A stretch of DNA of 64,000 bases from a virus. Lineage: Duplodnaviria; Caudoviricetes. A program made the position numbers and the translations under genes. The number at the start of each line of letters is the position of its first letter. The first letter of the stretch is position 1. Location: the IMG/VR virus record IMGVR_UViG_3300027793_000063, positions 1 to 64,000 of that record, one strand, 5' to 3'. The notes beneath the pieces were generated by a model. That model ran no database searches. It was not told where the DNA came from and saw nothing but the letters and a program-made list of their open reading frames with translations. Shown here piece by piece: positions 55,683-64,000 of this stretch.

Positions 55683-55714
55683 AAAAGGCGTCCACGTGTA
55701 CACGTGGACGCCTT
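55683..55714 (-). terminator. intrinsic terminator / 30-bp perfect palindrome
   Basis: aaggcgtccacgtgtacacgtggacgcctt followed by a T run on the minus strand. Confidence 0.7.
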
Positions 55715-55740
55715 CTGAAAGAGGGTGAGTTGTGGTCCGA

Positions 55741-55962
55741 CTAGACGGCCTGAGCGATGCTCGCTTCGGCTTCCTCGATCATCAGACCGGTGCCGAGCAT
55801 GCGAGCGAGGGTCGCAACCTTCGTCAGCTGCTCGTCTTCGCGCGGCCAGCCGGCGGCGAGGAGCTCTTGCTGCTGCGGCGAGGCCGAGGCAGATTTTTCC
55901 ATGGTGGAGAATCCGGAACGAACAACAGCCCCGGTGATTTGGAGAAGCGCGAGATTAGTCAT
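55741..55962 (-). CDS. hypothetical protein
   Basis: 73-aa ORF; contains EKSA motif. Confidence 0.5.
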   Translation of the reverse strand: MTNLALLQITGAVVRSGFSTMEKSASASPQQQELLAAGWPREDEQLTKVATLARMLGTGLMIEEAEASIAQAV

Positions 55963-56040
55963 GGCGGAATCCTACGCCAGCCGGTCTCGCAGCTCAAGCT
56001 ATTTCTTCGTGCCGGTCGGCGCAGGATTCCGCCGTCGGCG

Positions 56041-56220
56041 CTACGGCTTCGTCCAGTATGGCATGGTCGTGCCGACGCCCTGCTTTTGGACGAGACCTGC
56101 CTTGATCGCCTCGCGTTCGAGTTCGATGCTGTAAACCTCGTGGCACCCGCCGAGCGCGGCCGCCATCACGATTGCGATTGCAACGATTATCGTGAGGCAA
56201 GTTTTTGTGTCTTCGTTCAT
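56041..56220 (-). CDS. small membrane protein
   Basis: MNEDTKTCLTIIVAIAIVMAAALGGC...; not in ORF track. Confidence 0.5.
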   Translation of the reverse strand: MNEDTKTCLTIIVAIAIVMAAALGGCHEVYSIELEREAIKAGLVQKQGVGTTMPYWTKP

Positions 56221-56274
56221 CTTTTCTTTTTTGGTTGCGCCCGATGTTCGAGCGTGTGTTTGAGTTCCGCCGAT

Positions 56275-58188
56275 CTATTTCTGCATGACGTCCGCCAGCG
56301 GCACACGCCCAGCGAGGACGTCCTCGAGCTGCTGCTTCGTCAGTCCCAGCATCGTGCGTGCGGCGTCCTCCATCGCTGGATTGAGGATGGGCCGCGGCAG
56401 ACGAATGCGGCCCCACCGCTCCCCATTCAGCAGCCGGTTGTCGAAAAGGCCACCGGGGATCGGTGTCAGGTCGCGAAGATTCACCATCTCGCCGTTTTCG
56501 ACGTCGATCGGATCGCGCTCGTCCAGGTCGCCGTCCGTGAATGGCGCGAGGCGATACTTGCCCTTGCCGGAGTTGCGCGTGTTGATGCCGGCGCCCGCCA
56601 GCAGCGCGCGGAACTTGTGCCAGACAAACGGCTCGCCGATCTTTGGCAGCGTCTTGTCCGTGCGCAGTGCCATCCAGAAGTCGTGATTCTTCTGCCCGCG
56701 GATTGTGGCATTCTCCCGCATCAGCGAGTAGGCCCCGCTGGACAGTGTTGCAAAATTCTCGAGACCCGAGAAGCGCTTGGCCTGCGCGAATTCGCCGCCG
56801 CCGCGCGTCGGCTGCTGATTTTGGTCATAACTGCCTGTGCCACGGGCACTTACCTTCCCTTCACTTGTATGGTGCAGCTTGTGCACGAAGCCGTAACCCA
56901 CCGTCACCGGCGCGTCCAGCATCCGGCCTTCCTCCGGATCGTAGACCATCTCCTGTGACTGCACGCCGTTCTCGCGTTCCAGCTGGTCAATGTAGTCGTT
57001 CCAGTTCTGCCCTTTCGGCAGGTAGCTGGGCAGCTTCAGCGCGCGCCCCAGCTTCTTGGCAACCTTGCCGAGCCGCAGTTCGTGCTGTGACGCCGGGTTC
57101 GCCCGGGAGACTAGGGACAGCGGATTGAGCAGCGCATCCAGCGGCTGTCCGTCCTCCGTCCGCGGCATCTGGTCGTCGGGAATGATCTTCGAGACGGTCG
57201 CCTTGGCGCCCTGCCGCAGCACGATCTTGTCTCCGACTTCCGTCGGCTTTAGAAATTTCAGGACTACCTTGTAGCCGTTCTTGGTCGCGCGCGCGGCGAT
57301 GACCTGGGCCGGCTGCTGTCCGTGCCACACCTGAGCGGCGTCGCGGCGCTGCTGCCTCAGCGCCTTGCTGAGGCGCCCGATGTTTGCGCCGTCTGACGAC
57401 AGCGTGCGAGGCATCGTCGCGAGCATGACGGGGTCACCAGGCTCCAGCACGGTGCCAGGTCGCACCAGCCCGTGTTCGTCAAAATTTTCCAGCTTCTCCT
57501 TGGTGAAGCGGTTCGGGAAGAGGGCGCGGTAGTGGCTGAGACCTGTCTTCAGATTGTCCGAGCGGTCCTGGTGCATCACCTTGTATTGGACGGCGGACAG
57601 GCGCTTGGCGAACGACTCGCTGACAGGCATGGCGTCGTCCATTCCGAAGCCCTTGAATGGCACCAGAGCGATGCGGGCGTTCAGCCCCATGTTTTGCACG
57701 CCGTTGTCGTCCGTGTAGGACGATGCTGCCATCATCTGCCCGGGTTTGAAGGTGTCACCTTTCTTGAGCAGTGCACGAGAGGAAATTCCCGATTTCTGAT
57801 TGAAATACTGCTCGTTGTATAGGTCGACGTCCGCCGTCTCGCCGTCATCGTAGGAGACGCGGATGTAATCCGGCGTGACGCTGATGACGCGCCCGGCGCG
57901 CTTGGCGCGGACGGCGCCCATGTTCTCGCCGACGATTTCGTCAAAGCTGCGCCCTTCGGGGTCGGACGTGTCCAAGTTCTGGATCAGCGGAGCTTCGCCC
58001 TTGTCGATCGCCAGCGCCTGGTTCGCGAACCGCGCGCCGTAGAACAGCCGCGGCGCTTGCACTGCGCCGGCCAGCGGAATCATGTTGGTGTGCGACCCAA
58101 ACTGCTGCGAGGGCGAGGACAGCTCGTAATCGACATCCGGATCGTCATCCGGCACCTCTTCGAGGCGGTTGTTGCGTACGACGTGCAT
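56275..58188 (-). CDS. phage multisubunit RNA polymerase subunit: beta C-terminal half fused to beta' N-terminus
   Basis: IPL...R...GA...QA; GDK...GAK; LNPLSLVSRAN; KLHH...SARGTGSY; then GGLFD...WGRIRLPRP (beta' start). Confidence 0.9.
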   Translation of the reverse strand: MHVVRNNRLEEVPDDDPDVDYELSSPSQQFGSHTNMIPLAGAVQAPRLFYGARFANQALAIDKGEAPLIQNLDTSDPEGRSFDEIVGENMGAVRAKRAGRVISVTPDYIRVSYDDGETADVDLYNEQYFNQKSGISSRALLKKGDTFKPGQMMAASSYTDDNGVQNMGLNARIALVPFKGFGMDDAMPVSESFAKRLSAVQYKVMHQDRSDNLKTGLSHYRALFPNRFTKEKLENFDEHGLVRPGTVLEPGDPVMLATMPRTLSSDGANIGRLSKALRQQRRDAAQVWHGQQPAQVIAARATKNGYKVVLKFLKPTEVGDKIVLRQGAKATVSKIIPDDQMPRTEDGQPLDALLNPLSLVSRANPASQHELRLGKVAKKLGRALKLPSYLPKGQNWNDYIDQLERENGVQSQEMVYDPEEGRMLDAPVTVGYGFVHKLHHTSEGKVSARGTGSYDQNQQPTRGGGEFAQAKRFSGLENFATLSSGAYSLMRENATIRGQKNHDFWMALRTDKTLPKIGEPFVWHKFRALLAGAGINTRNSGKGKYRLAPFTDGDLDERDPIDVENGEMVNLRDLTPIPGGLFDNRLLNGERWGRIRLPRPILNPAMEDAARTMLGLTKQQLEDVLAGRVPLADVMQK

Positions 58189-58191
58189 GCG

Positions 58192-60294
58192 CTAGGACTG
58201 AGCCGCGGCGAGTCGCGGATCGGTTGTGATCTGGTTGCCGTAGATCTGACTGATGATCCCCATCCGATCGGGTGAGTTTACCATGTCGGACTCGCGCATG
58301 TAGCGCGGTGGCTGAGGCGTAGTGAGACGCTTCTTCAGCATCCAATCGAACATCGTGTCTCCAAGCGCTCCGTAGGATGCGCGATAGAGTCCAAGCCGCG
58401 GAAACAGCGCGTTGGCGCCGGCGTGATTGTTGAGCATCTGCCCTGATTCGGGCGCGAGATGCCGGAAAGGCTTCGGCGCGGTCCGTCCGGTCTCCGGGTC
58501 GATCGAGCCGGGCACACCGGCGGTGCCAGTGATGTAACTATCGTTGCCGTTGACCTGCAGACGCCCAGGCGCGGGCGGTCCTGTCATTGGCGGCGGCGGA
58601 CTTGCGACTTCGGGCGGCTCAGGCGGCATGCCGGTGGTGTAGCTCTGCCCGTTGACCTGCAGGCGCCCAGGCGCGGCCGTCTTGATTTGACCGACACGCT
58701 TCTGCAGCCGATCGATGCGGTTGCCGATCAGCCGTCCGGCGATCGTGTTCTCGCTGGCGCTCGCGGACGCCGCGCCGTCCGCCTGGGCCTTGCCCATCGC
58801 GGCCGTCATTTTCGCCTGCTCCTTCTGCACTGCGGACGTGGCCTTTGCCTGCTCCTTCTGCAGTGCAGCCGTGGCCTTTGCCGTCTCGAGCTGCAGTTTC
58901 AGCACTTCTTTTTCCTGCTGCTGCTTGCCCAGCTCCTGCTGAAAGCGCTGCTCCTGCTCCATCTGCGCCTGCATGGCTGCCTGCTCCGTCTGGCCCTGCT
59001 GCTGTGCAGCGGCCTGCTCGGCCTGCATGGCTTTTTGTTCGGCCTGCATCACCGCAGGGTTTGCGGCAGGCGGTGGCGTGATGGAGTTGGCAGTCGCCTG
59101 CTGCTGATTCTGCATCCGCAGCGCCGGGTTCTGTCCGAGCTGCGGCGGCACTGGGACGGCGCCAGCCGGCGCAGGCGCTGGTCCTAGCGCATACTTGGTG
59201 AGTTCGGCGACGAGACCCACCAGCGACGCAGCGGACTTCTCCACAGGCTGCGGCTGCTTCTCGTTGCGATGCTTCGTGCGCGCGCGAGTTTCCGTACGCA
59301 GGCGGCGGCGTGTATCGCGCCCCAGGTTCTGGATGAGCCGGTTCGAAAGTTGCAGGTCACCGATGGGCAGCTTGATCTGCGTCTCGATGTCGCCGGGATG
59401 AGCGGTCGGCAGCGTGACGCTGGCGGTTCCTGCTGCCTCCAGTGCAAGGCGCTTCTGCTCCAGGTCGCTTTTCTGTTTCGCCTTGTAGAGCAGAATGCCC
59501 AACGCGCCCAGGCCGAGCCCGCCGGCCCCCAACCAGACTTCCTTCGGGATGGATTTGATCGGGTTCTCGGCTGGCGGTTTCGCGCGGTCGTGTGCAAAGG
59601 ATTTCGCCGCCTCGGTCGCCGCGTTGTCGACGTTGTAGAGAGTGCCGACTCCTTTCATCGCGAGATCTTTGGTCGGCGCGAGCGCGATAGCACCGAGCCC
59701 GGTGAGGACGTTCTTGCTAGCGATCTGATGTCCGCCGACGGCCCCGAGCAGGGCGTTCAGCCCGCCCATCAGCGTGCGCTCCTTGTCCCACTTCCACGGT
59801 TGGAAGGTGCTGCCGATCGGACGCTTCGTGTCGGCCGCCTGGTCGAAGAACGCGGTCGTGCCGAGTGCTCCGAGAACGCTGCCCAGCGCCTGGATTTTGG
59901 CGTTCGCACACTTCTCGACGACCTCGATGTTCAGACTGCGCGCCAGGGCCCTGGACGGCGAGTTGTGCCGCATGATCATGGCCTTCACGTCATCGCAATG
60001 ATCGCGGACTTCCCGGATGACCTGTGCGACGGCCGACTTCGCGAAGCCGCGCTCGCGGTATGCCGGCAGAATGCCGACCGCGTAGTATCCGACTTTTTTT
60101 TCGCCCTCGTCGAACTTCTGCCAGCCGACAAAACCCACCGGGTCCGCGGTGGCAGATTCTTTCACGAGATACAGCCCGCCGTTGAACTGATTGGTCTTCA
60201 GTCCGTGCGGCCAGTAGGACGGATCCTCGTGCAGGATTCGACTCATGATGCCTTCGACGATGGGCAGCTCGGAGGCCGCGGCAACTTTGATCAT
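58192..60294 (-). CDS. GNAT-domain, Q/A-rich putative virion protein
   Basis: VGILPAYRERGFA...HNSPSRALARSL (GNAT), Gly-rich hydrophobic segments, coiled coil, KxA motifs. Confidence 0.65.
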   Translation of the reverse strand: MIKVAAASELPIVEGIMSRILHEDPSYWPHGLKTNQFNGGLYLVKESATADPVGFVGWQKFDEGEKKVGYYAVGILPAYRERGFAKSAVAQVIREVRDHCDDVKAMIMRHNSPSRALARSLNIEVVEKCANAKIQALGSVLGALGTTAFFDQAADTKRPIGSTFQPWKWDKERTLMGGLNALLGAVGGHQIASKNVLTGLGAIALAPTKDLAMKGVGTLYNVDNAATEAAKSFAHDRAKPPAENPIKSIPKEVWLGAGGLGLGALGILLYKAKQKSDLEQKRLALEAAGTASVTLPTAHPGDIETQIKLPIGDLQLSNRLIQNLGRDTRRRLRTETRARTKHRNEKQPQPVEKSAASLVGLVAELTKYALGPAPAPAGAVPVPPQLGQNPALRMQNQQQATANSITPPPAANPAVMQAEQKAMQAEQAAAQQQGQTEQAAMQAQMEQEQRFQQELGKQQQEKEVLKLQLETAKATAALQKEQAKATSAVQKEQAKMTAAMGKAQADGAASASASENTIAGRLIGNRIDRLQKRVGQIKTAAPGRLQVNGQSYTTGMPPEPPEVASPPPPMTGPPAPGRLQVNGNDSYITGTAGVPGSIDPETGRTAPKPFRHLAPESGQMLNNHAGANALFPRLGLYRASYGALGDTMFDWMLKKRLTTPQPPRYMRESDMVNSPDRMGIISQIYGNQITTDPRLAAAQS

Positions 60295-60325
60295 GCGGAA
60301 TGCTACCGCACTTTCCGTCGCAGGT

Positions 60326-60370
60326 AAAGAGGAAGCAGCCGCCGCCACCGGTGAGGGTGGCGGCGGCTGC
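60326..60370 (-). terminator. intrinsic terminator
   Basis: 15-bp stem GCAGCCGCCGCCACC/GGTGGCGGCGGCTGC followed by TTCCTCTTT. Confidence 0.7.
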
Positions 60371-60402
60371 GACGATTTTTCCTTGTAGTGGTTGCGCGCG
60401 GC

Positions 60403-61365
60403 TTACGCCGCGCCGTCCTGGTTCATTGCGGCAATTTGCGCAGGCGTCAGTTCCAGCCGCTTGTGCGCGACATCGAACGCCGCAGATACGCTGCCGCTGC
60501 TGCAGTAGTCCGCGAACAGATCCGGGTCGCTTGATCCTCCGGCGTAGCGCGCAGCCCGAGCCGCCGCGATGCTCGCCTTCTTCGCGTTGCGCTGCTTTGT
60601 TTCACTGTCGTTTTGCTGCTTCAGTATGTTGCAGCTCCCGAGCTTGCCAAACTTGGGGAGCTTGCTGAAGCCGCCGAACATGTGGCACATGACAATCGTG
60701 ACGTCCCACGCCGAGACGAGGGTCTCGGCGTAGGCTTCCGCCTCCGGCGCAAGACGCGCCAGGAGATCGTTACTGCCGCTGCCTGGGACGGCTCCGGCAT
60801 CCCGCATGTCCTGCCAACTGCGCGGATCGACATAGATCTCGGAATTAGTTCCATTGGGGAGGTGTCCGATGAAGTGCTTGTCCGATCCCGGCGCGACGCG
60901 CAATATGCCCCACCCGGCTGCGGTGGGCATCAGATGTCCGAGTCTTGCCGACAGCCACGGTATCTCCGTCATGTTCACGGTGTAATCACCGCGGGCGGCG
61001 TCTCCAGTCAGCGTGATCAGTTCAGGCTCCGGCTGCTTGCCTGCCTGCATCCCGGCGAGGATCATTTCCGGGGTGATGAGTATCACCGCGTCCGTGTTCT
61101 CCGCCTCCTTGCGCCGGAATGCGGCGCCCCCAAAATACAGGATTTTACCGACGCCGTCGTAGGCAGCGAGGGCAAATCCGCACATGCGCCGCACGAATCC
61201 GCGGCGGAAGCGTCGCCCTGGTCTGGTGGTTATTCTGTTTGGGTTCGCCTGTGCCGGCTCTTTGGCCGCTTCGAACTCTTCGGGCGTGGCGCGCAGCCCG
61301 CAGAGTTCGGTTACTAATCCTTGCATGTCCTCGAGAGGGCTGAATGGGAGTTTGCTGATGTGCAT
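60403..61365 (-). CDS. hypothetical protein
   Basis: 320-aa ORF after a long A/C-rich leader. Confidence 0.6.
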   Translation of the reverse strand: MHISKLPFSPLEDMQGLVTELCGLRATPEEFEAAKEPAQANPNRITTRPGRRFRRGFVRRMCGFALAAYDGVGKILYFGGAAFRRKEAENTDAVILITPEMILAGMQAGKQPEPELITLTGDAARGDYTVNMTEIPWLSARLGHLMPTAAGWGILRVAPGSDKHFIGHLPNGTNSEIYVDPRSWQDMRDAGAVPGSGSNDLLARLAPEAEAYAETLVSAWDVTIVMCHMFGGFSKLPKFGKLGSCNILKQQNDSETKQRNAKKASIAAARAARYAGGSSDPDLFADYCSSGSVSAAFDVAHKRLELTPAQIAAMNQDGAA

Positions 61366-61442
61366 GTTTGTTGGTGTTTGTTGTTTTTGTTGGTTGGTTG
61401 GTGTTCGTTATGCGAACGGCATGAATTGCCGCTAGCAATGTA

Positions 61443-61868
61443 TTATGACGCAATCCGCGTCATTTTTGCATGGAGCGCCGCGTGCTCCTGAACACTCACC
61501 TGCACCGTCATCGGCGGTTTTCCGCGCAGCTTCGAGCTATACAACCCCAGAATCCGCCGTGCCTTACCCTCCAGGCGACCGTTGATGTCCCGCGGACGCA
61601 ACGTCCAGCCGATTACCGGCAGTCCTTTGAGATTCCATTTGAGCACCCGGATGAAATAAATGCGGGCCGGCTGTCCGGGTAGTCGCAGCTGATCCAGCGC
61701 TCCTATCAGTTTTCCGTAACGGTCGATGCGGTAGATCACCGACGGGTAGCATGGGATCTCGGCCAGGCTGTAAATCAAGCTGATGGCCCGCTTCGTGTCG
61801 CGTATCCCATACACGACCACTGAGTCCAGCGGTTTGCTTACGGCGTCCGGTGTCGGAGCATCAGCCAC
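61443..61868 (-). CDS. hypothetical basic protein
   Basis: ORF overlapping the upstream stop. Confidence 0.5.
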   Translation of the reverse strand: MADAPTPDAVSKPLDSVVVYGIRDTKRAISLIYSLAEIPCYPSVIYRIDRYGKLIGALDQLRLPGQPARIYFIRVLKWNLKGLPVIGWTLRPRDINGRLEGKARRILGLYSSKLRGKPPMTVQVSVQEHAALHAKMTRIAS

Positions 61869-62454
61869 GTGGGTAGAGCACCTGCACCGCCAGCCGGCGC
61901 GTGAGGTTGACAGACACCCCGTCGCGTCCTGGCGGAATGTCGGCGGAGCAGTCGGCTGCGTCGAACGGCACATCGAACACCTGCACGTCGTAGCGTCGGT
62001 TCCCTTTCCCGGCGACGATACAGACCTGCTTGCCGCTTTCGATGGCGTGGATGACGCCTTCGATTTCCGCCTTCGCCTCTTCGGTCCCCATCAGCGAGCC
62101 GATGCTCTTGAACAGCGACGCACGAGCCGGCGTGGACAACCGCAGCGCCGGGACTGCCGGAACTTCCGGAACTTCCGATCGTAGATGCTCAACGGTGGCG
62201 CTCGTCACCGCGGCGAGATCAGCGTCAGTCACCGCGGATGGGGTAACGACAACGGACAGGTCGCTCGCGGCGGTTGGCTGAGTCGGAATGGCGATGTCGA
62301 TATGCGCATCCAAGCAGTCCACGATCCGCCTGGAAATCTCGGCTCGCGTGCCTTCCGTATCGAGTCCCATGGATTCCGCGATGGCAATCACATCCGTTTT
62401 GCGGGGCAGTTCGGCAAGTGATTCGATGGTGTGAGGCGTAGCGGATTCGTTCAT
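61861..62454 (-). CDS. protein with N-terminal HEH/SAP-like motif
   Basis: LAELPRKTDVIAIAESMGLDTEGTRAEISRRI. Confidence 0.5.
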   Translation of the reverse strand: MNESATPHTIESLAELPRKTDVIAIAESMGLDTEGTRAEISRRIVDCLDAHIDIAIPTQPTAASDLSVVVTPSAVTDADLAAVTSATVEHLRSEVPEVPAVPALRLSTPARASLFKSIGSLMGTEEAKAEIEGVIHAIESGKQVCIVAGKGNRRYDVQVFDVPFDAADCSADIPPGRDGVSVNLTRRLAVQVLYPRG

Positions 62455-62467
62455 GGTGTCGGGTTGG

Positions 62468-63244
62468 TTATCGGATTTTGACGTTGAGACCATCTTGGAA
62501 GTCGGTCACTTTCTGGAGCATGACATCCTGGTCCATGCAGGTAAAGGCGAAAGGATACTCCGGGTCGCCTGCGCACCTGTTCTTCCGCTTGCGCACGTCC
62601 CTCCAGTGCGCGTCGAACGTCGAGTCGGAGATCGGCTCCGCTACCACGCCGTCGTCCACCTTCGGATAAACCTCCCGCAGGTCCTCGAACACGAACTCAG
62701 GACGCGGTGGGCGCTCCCATCGTTGCCACAAGCGCAGGGCCAGTTCCGCGGCTTTCTGCACCTCCATGGGCGCGTAGACGAAATACTCACGATGCGTCGG
62801 CGCGATATCGAACTTGCTGTGGTAGACCAGCAGTGTCACGATGTAAGGCACCTGCGCGCGCACAAGCGACTCGCGGATCGGATCTCCGGACTGTCCGCGA
62901 TCGTCGAACTTGCCGACGCGAGCCATCCCCTGGATGTAGTAGGTCCGCATCTGCTTGGCGGACAGCACCGCGCCGTGCTTCGGATTATCCACGGGACGCC
63001 CGAGATGATCCCGCAACTGCACATTCTTGAAAATCTGCGCGTGTCTGGCTGTGTTTTCCATACCCCAGTAATGCGTCGCCGCCCGGATTCCGTCAACCCG
63101 TTTCTCTCTAAGCAAAATACGTTTCGCGCCGGGTATCATGGGTCGGTGCAGTGTATTTGACAATCCGTGATACCCTGGTCTCGTGCGCGGCGCCCCCGAA
63201 CGCGTTGAGCTGCCGCGTCTTACAGATTTCACTTCGAGTATCAT
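62468..63244 (-). CDS. hypothetical protein (start uncertain)
   Basis: 258-aa ORF. Confidence 0.55.
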   Translation of the reverse strand: MILEVKSVRRGSSTRSGAPRTRPGYHGLSNTLHRPMIPGAKRILLREKRVDGIRAATHYWGMENTARHAQIFKNVQLRDHLGRPVDNPKHGAVLSAKQMRTYYIQGMARVGKFDDRGQSGDPIRESLVRAQVPYIVTLLVYHSKFDIAPTHREYFVYAPMEVQKAAELALRLWQRWERPPRPEFVFEDLREVYPKVDDGVVAEPISDSTFDAHWRDVRKRKNRCAGDPEYPFAFTCMDQDVMLQKVTDFQDGLNVKIR

Positions 63245-63311
63245 TTTGCCTCTTTTGAACTTCCCGCTCGAGTATCATTTAGCCGTTTGCATGATACCTT
63301 TCTTCTGGGTC

Positions 63312-63887
63312 CTATAATGCTGGCGGCAAAACCACCTCGCGCGTGATGCGCAGAGTCTCGAACTTTCCAGACTCCAATTTCAGCGTGTGGATGTAGTATC
63401 GGGTCGGCAGATTCAGCCATCGCGTCAGTTCCTGTTTCGCCCGTGGAACACTGCCCTTGGCCGGCTTCGGCATGCCTGGCTCTTGCAGGGATTTCAACCG
63501 CATCAGGTAGAGTGCGGTGTCTGACGTCGGCAGCGTGGCGAGGTTCGGCGTCAGCATGTGATACTCTGCGCCCCTGGAGCCGCCGCTGCCCTCTTCGCGC
63601 GTCTGCGTGGACTTCTCGCGAGACTCGATCAGCTGCGCTCGTGCCGCGATCAGATCGACCGTCTGCAGGTCGCCGCGATCGGACGCCGGCCAGTCCTGCA
63701 CGCTCACTTTCCCTTCCCGCAGCCGCTTCAGATCTTCGGCTTGCATCGCGGCGTATGCTTCCAAGGACAGAAGCTCCACCTGGATGTCTTTTGCGACGCC
63801 TTCGGAATCGCGGTAGTTGAGGATCTCGATCGTGGTGCCTGGCGCTGCGCTCAGTAGCGCGGCTTTGATTTGTGTGATGTCGTTCAT
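63312..63887 (-). CDS. hypothetical protein
   Basis: MNDITQIK... after an A/C-rich leader. Confidence 0.6.
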   Translation of the reverse strand: MNDITQIKAALLSAAPGTTIEILNYRDSEGVAKDIQVELLSLEAYAAMQAEDLKRLREGKVSVQDWPASDRGDLQTVDLIAARAQLIESREKSTQTREEGSGGSRGAEYHMLTPNLATLPTSDTALYLMRLKSLQEPGMPKPAKGSVPRAKQELTRWLNLPTRYYIHTLKLESGKFETLRITREVVLPPAL

Positions 63888-63911
63888 GATGTGATGGTTG
63901 TTGATGTACGC

Positions 63912-63947
63912 AAAAAGCCCGGTCACCGCACTGGGCGATGACCGGGC
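63912..63947 (-). terminator. intrinsic terminator
   Basis: GCCCGGTCA/TGACCGGGC stem followed by TTTTT. Confidence 0.7.
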
Positions 63948-64000
63948 AGATGAACCGCAAAGAAATTCTACATTTTGTCCGGCGCGCTGGCCACGGCGTC

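Noticed and set aside
1-64000. Alternative genetic code, tRNA genes, integrase
   Set aside because: Recognisable genes read through intact in the standard code and TAG/TGA act as stops; no tRNA or tyrosine-recombinase motifs were recognised by eye (a tRNAscan or HMM run would be decisive).

Overview
Fragment of a large, GC-rich bacteriophage genome, probably jumbo-type. About 110 tightly packed, mostly short ORFs lie essentially all on the minus strand, often coupled by ATGA/GTGA overlaps. Recognisable genes: NAD-dependent DNA ligase, C5-cytosine and MT-A70 methyltransferases, HNH/AP2 endonuclease, PAPS-reductase-like protein, two GHKL ATPases, metallophosphoesterase, peptide deformylase, sigma70 region-4-like and XRE HTH proteins, a WYL-like protein, a GNAT-headed putative virion protein, and a rearranged RNA polymerase subunit (beta C-terminal half fused to the beta' N-terminus). 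The most striking feature is an integrase-less array of five attC-like sites at about 13.78-15.51 kb. Its genes run antisense to the sites, stop (and mostly start) inside them, and all cross the G|TT crossover in the same codon phase, suggesting a phage-borne, in-frame gene-cassette shuffling system. Other oddities: two structured intergenic RNA candidates, a Pol-I O-helix-like insert in the ligase, and an ACP-like domain lacking the acceptor Ser. All calls are by eye from sequence motifs; no searches were run, and many start codons were re-chosen from overlap logic.
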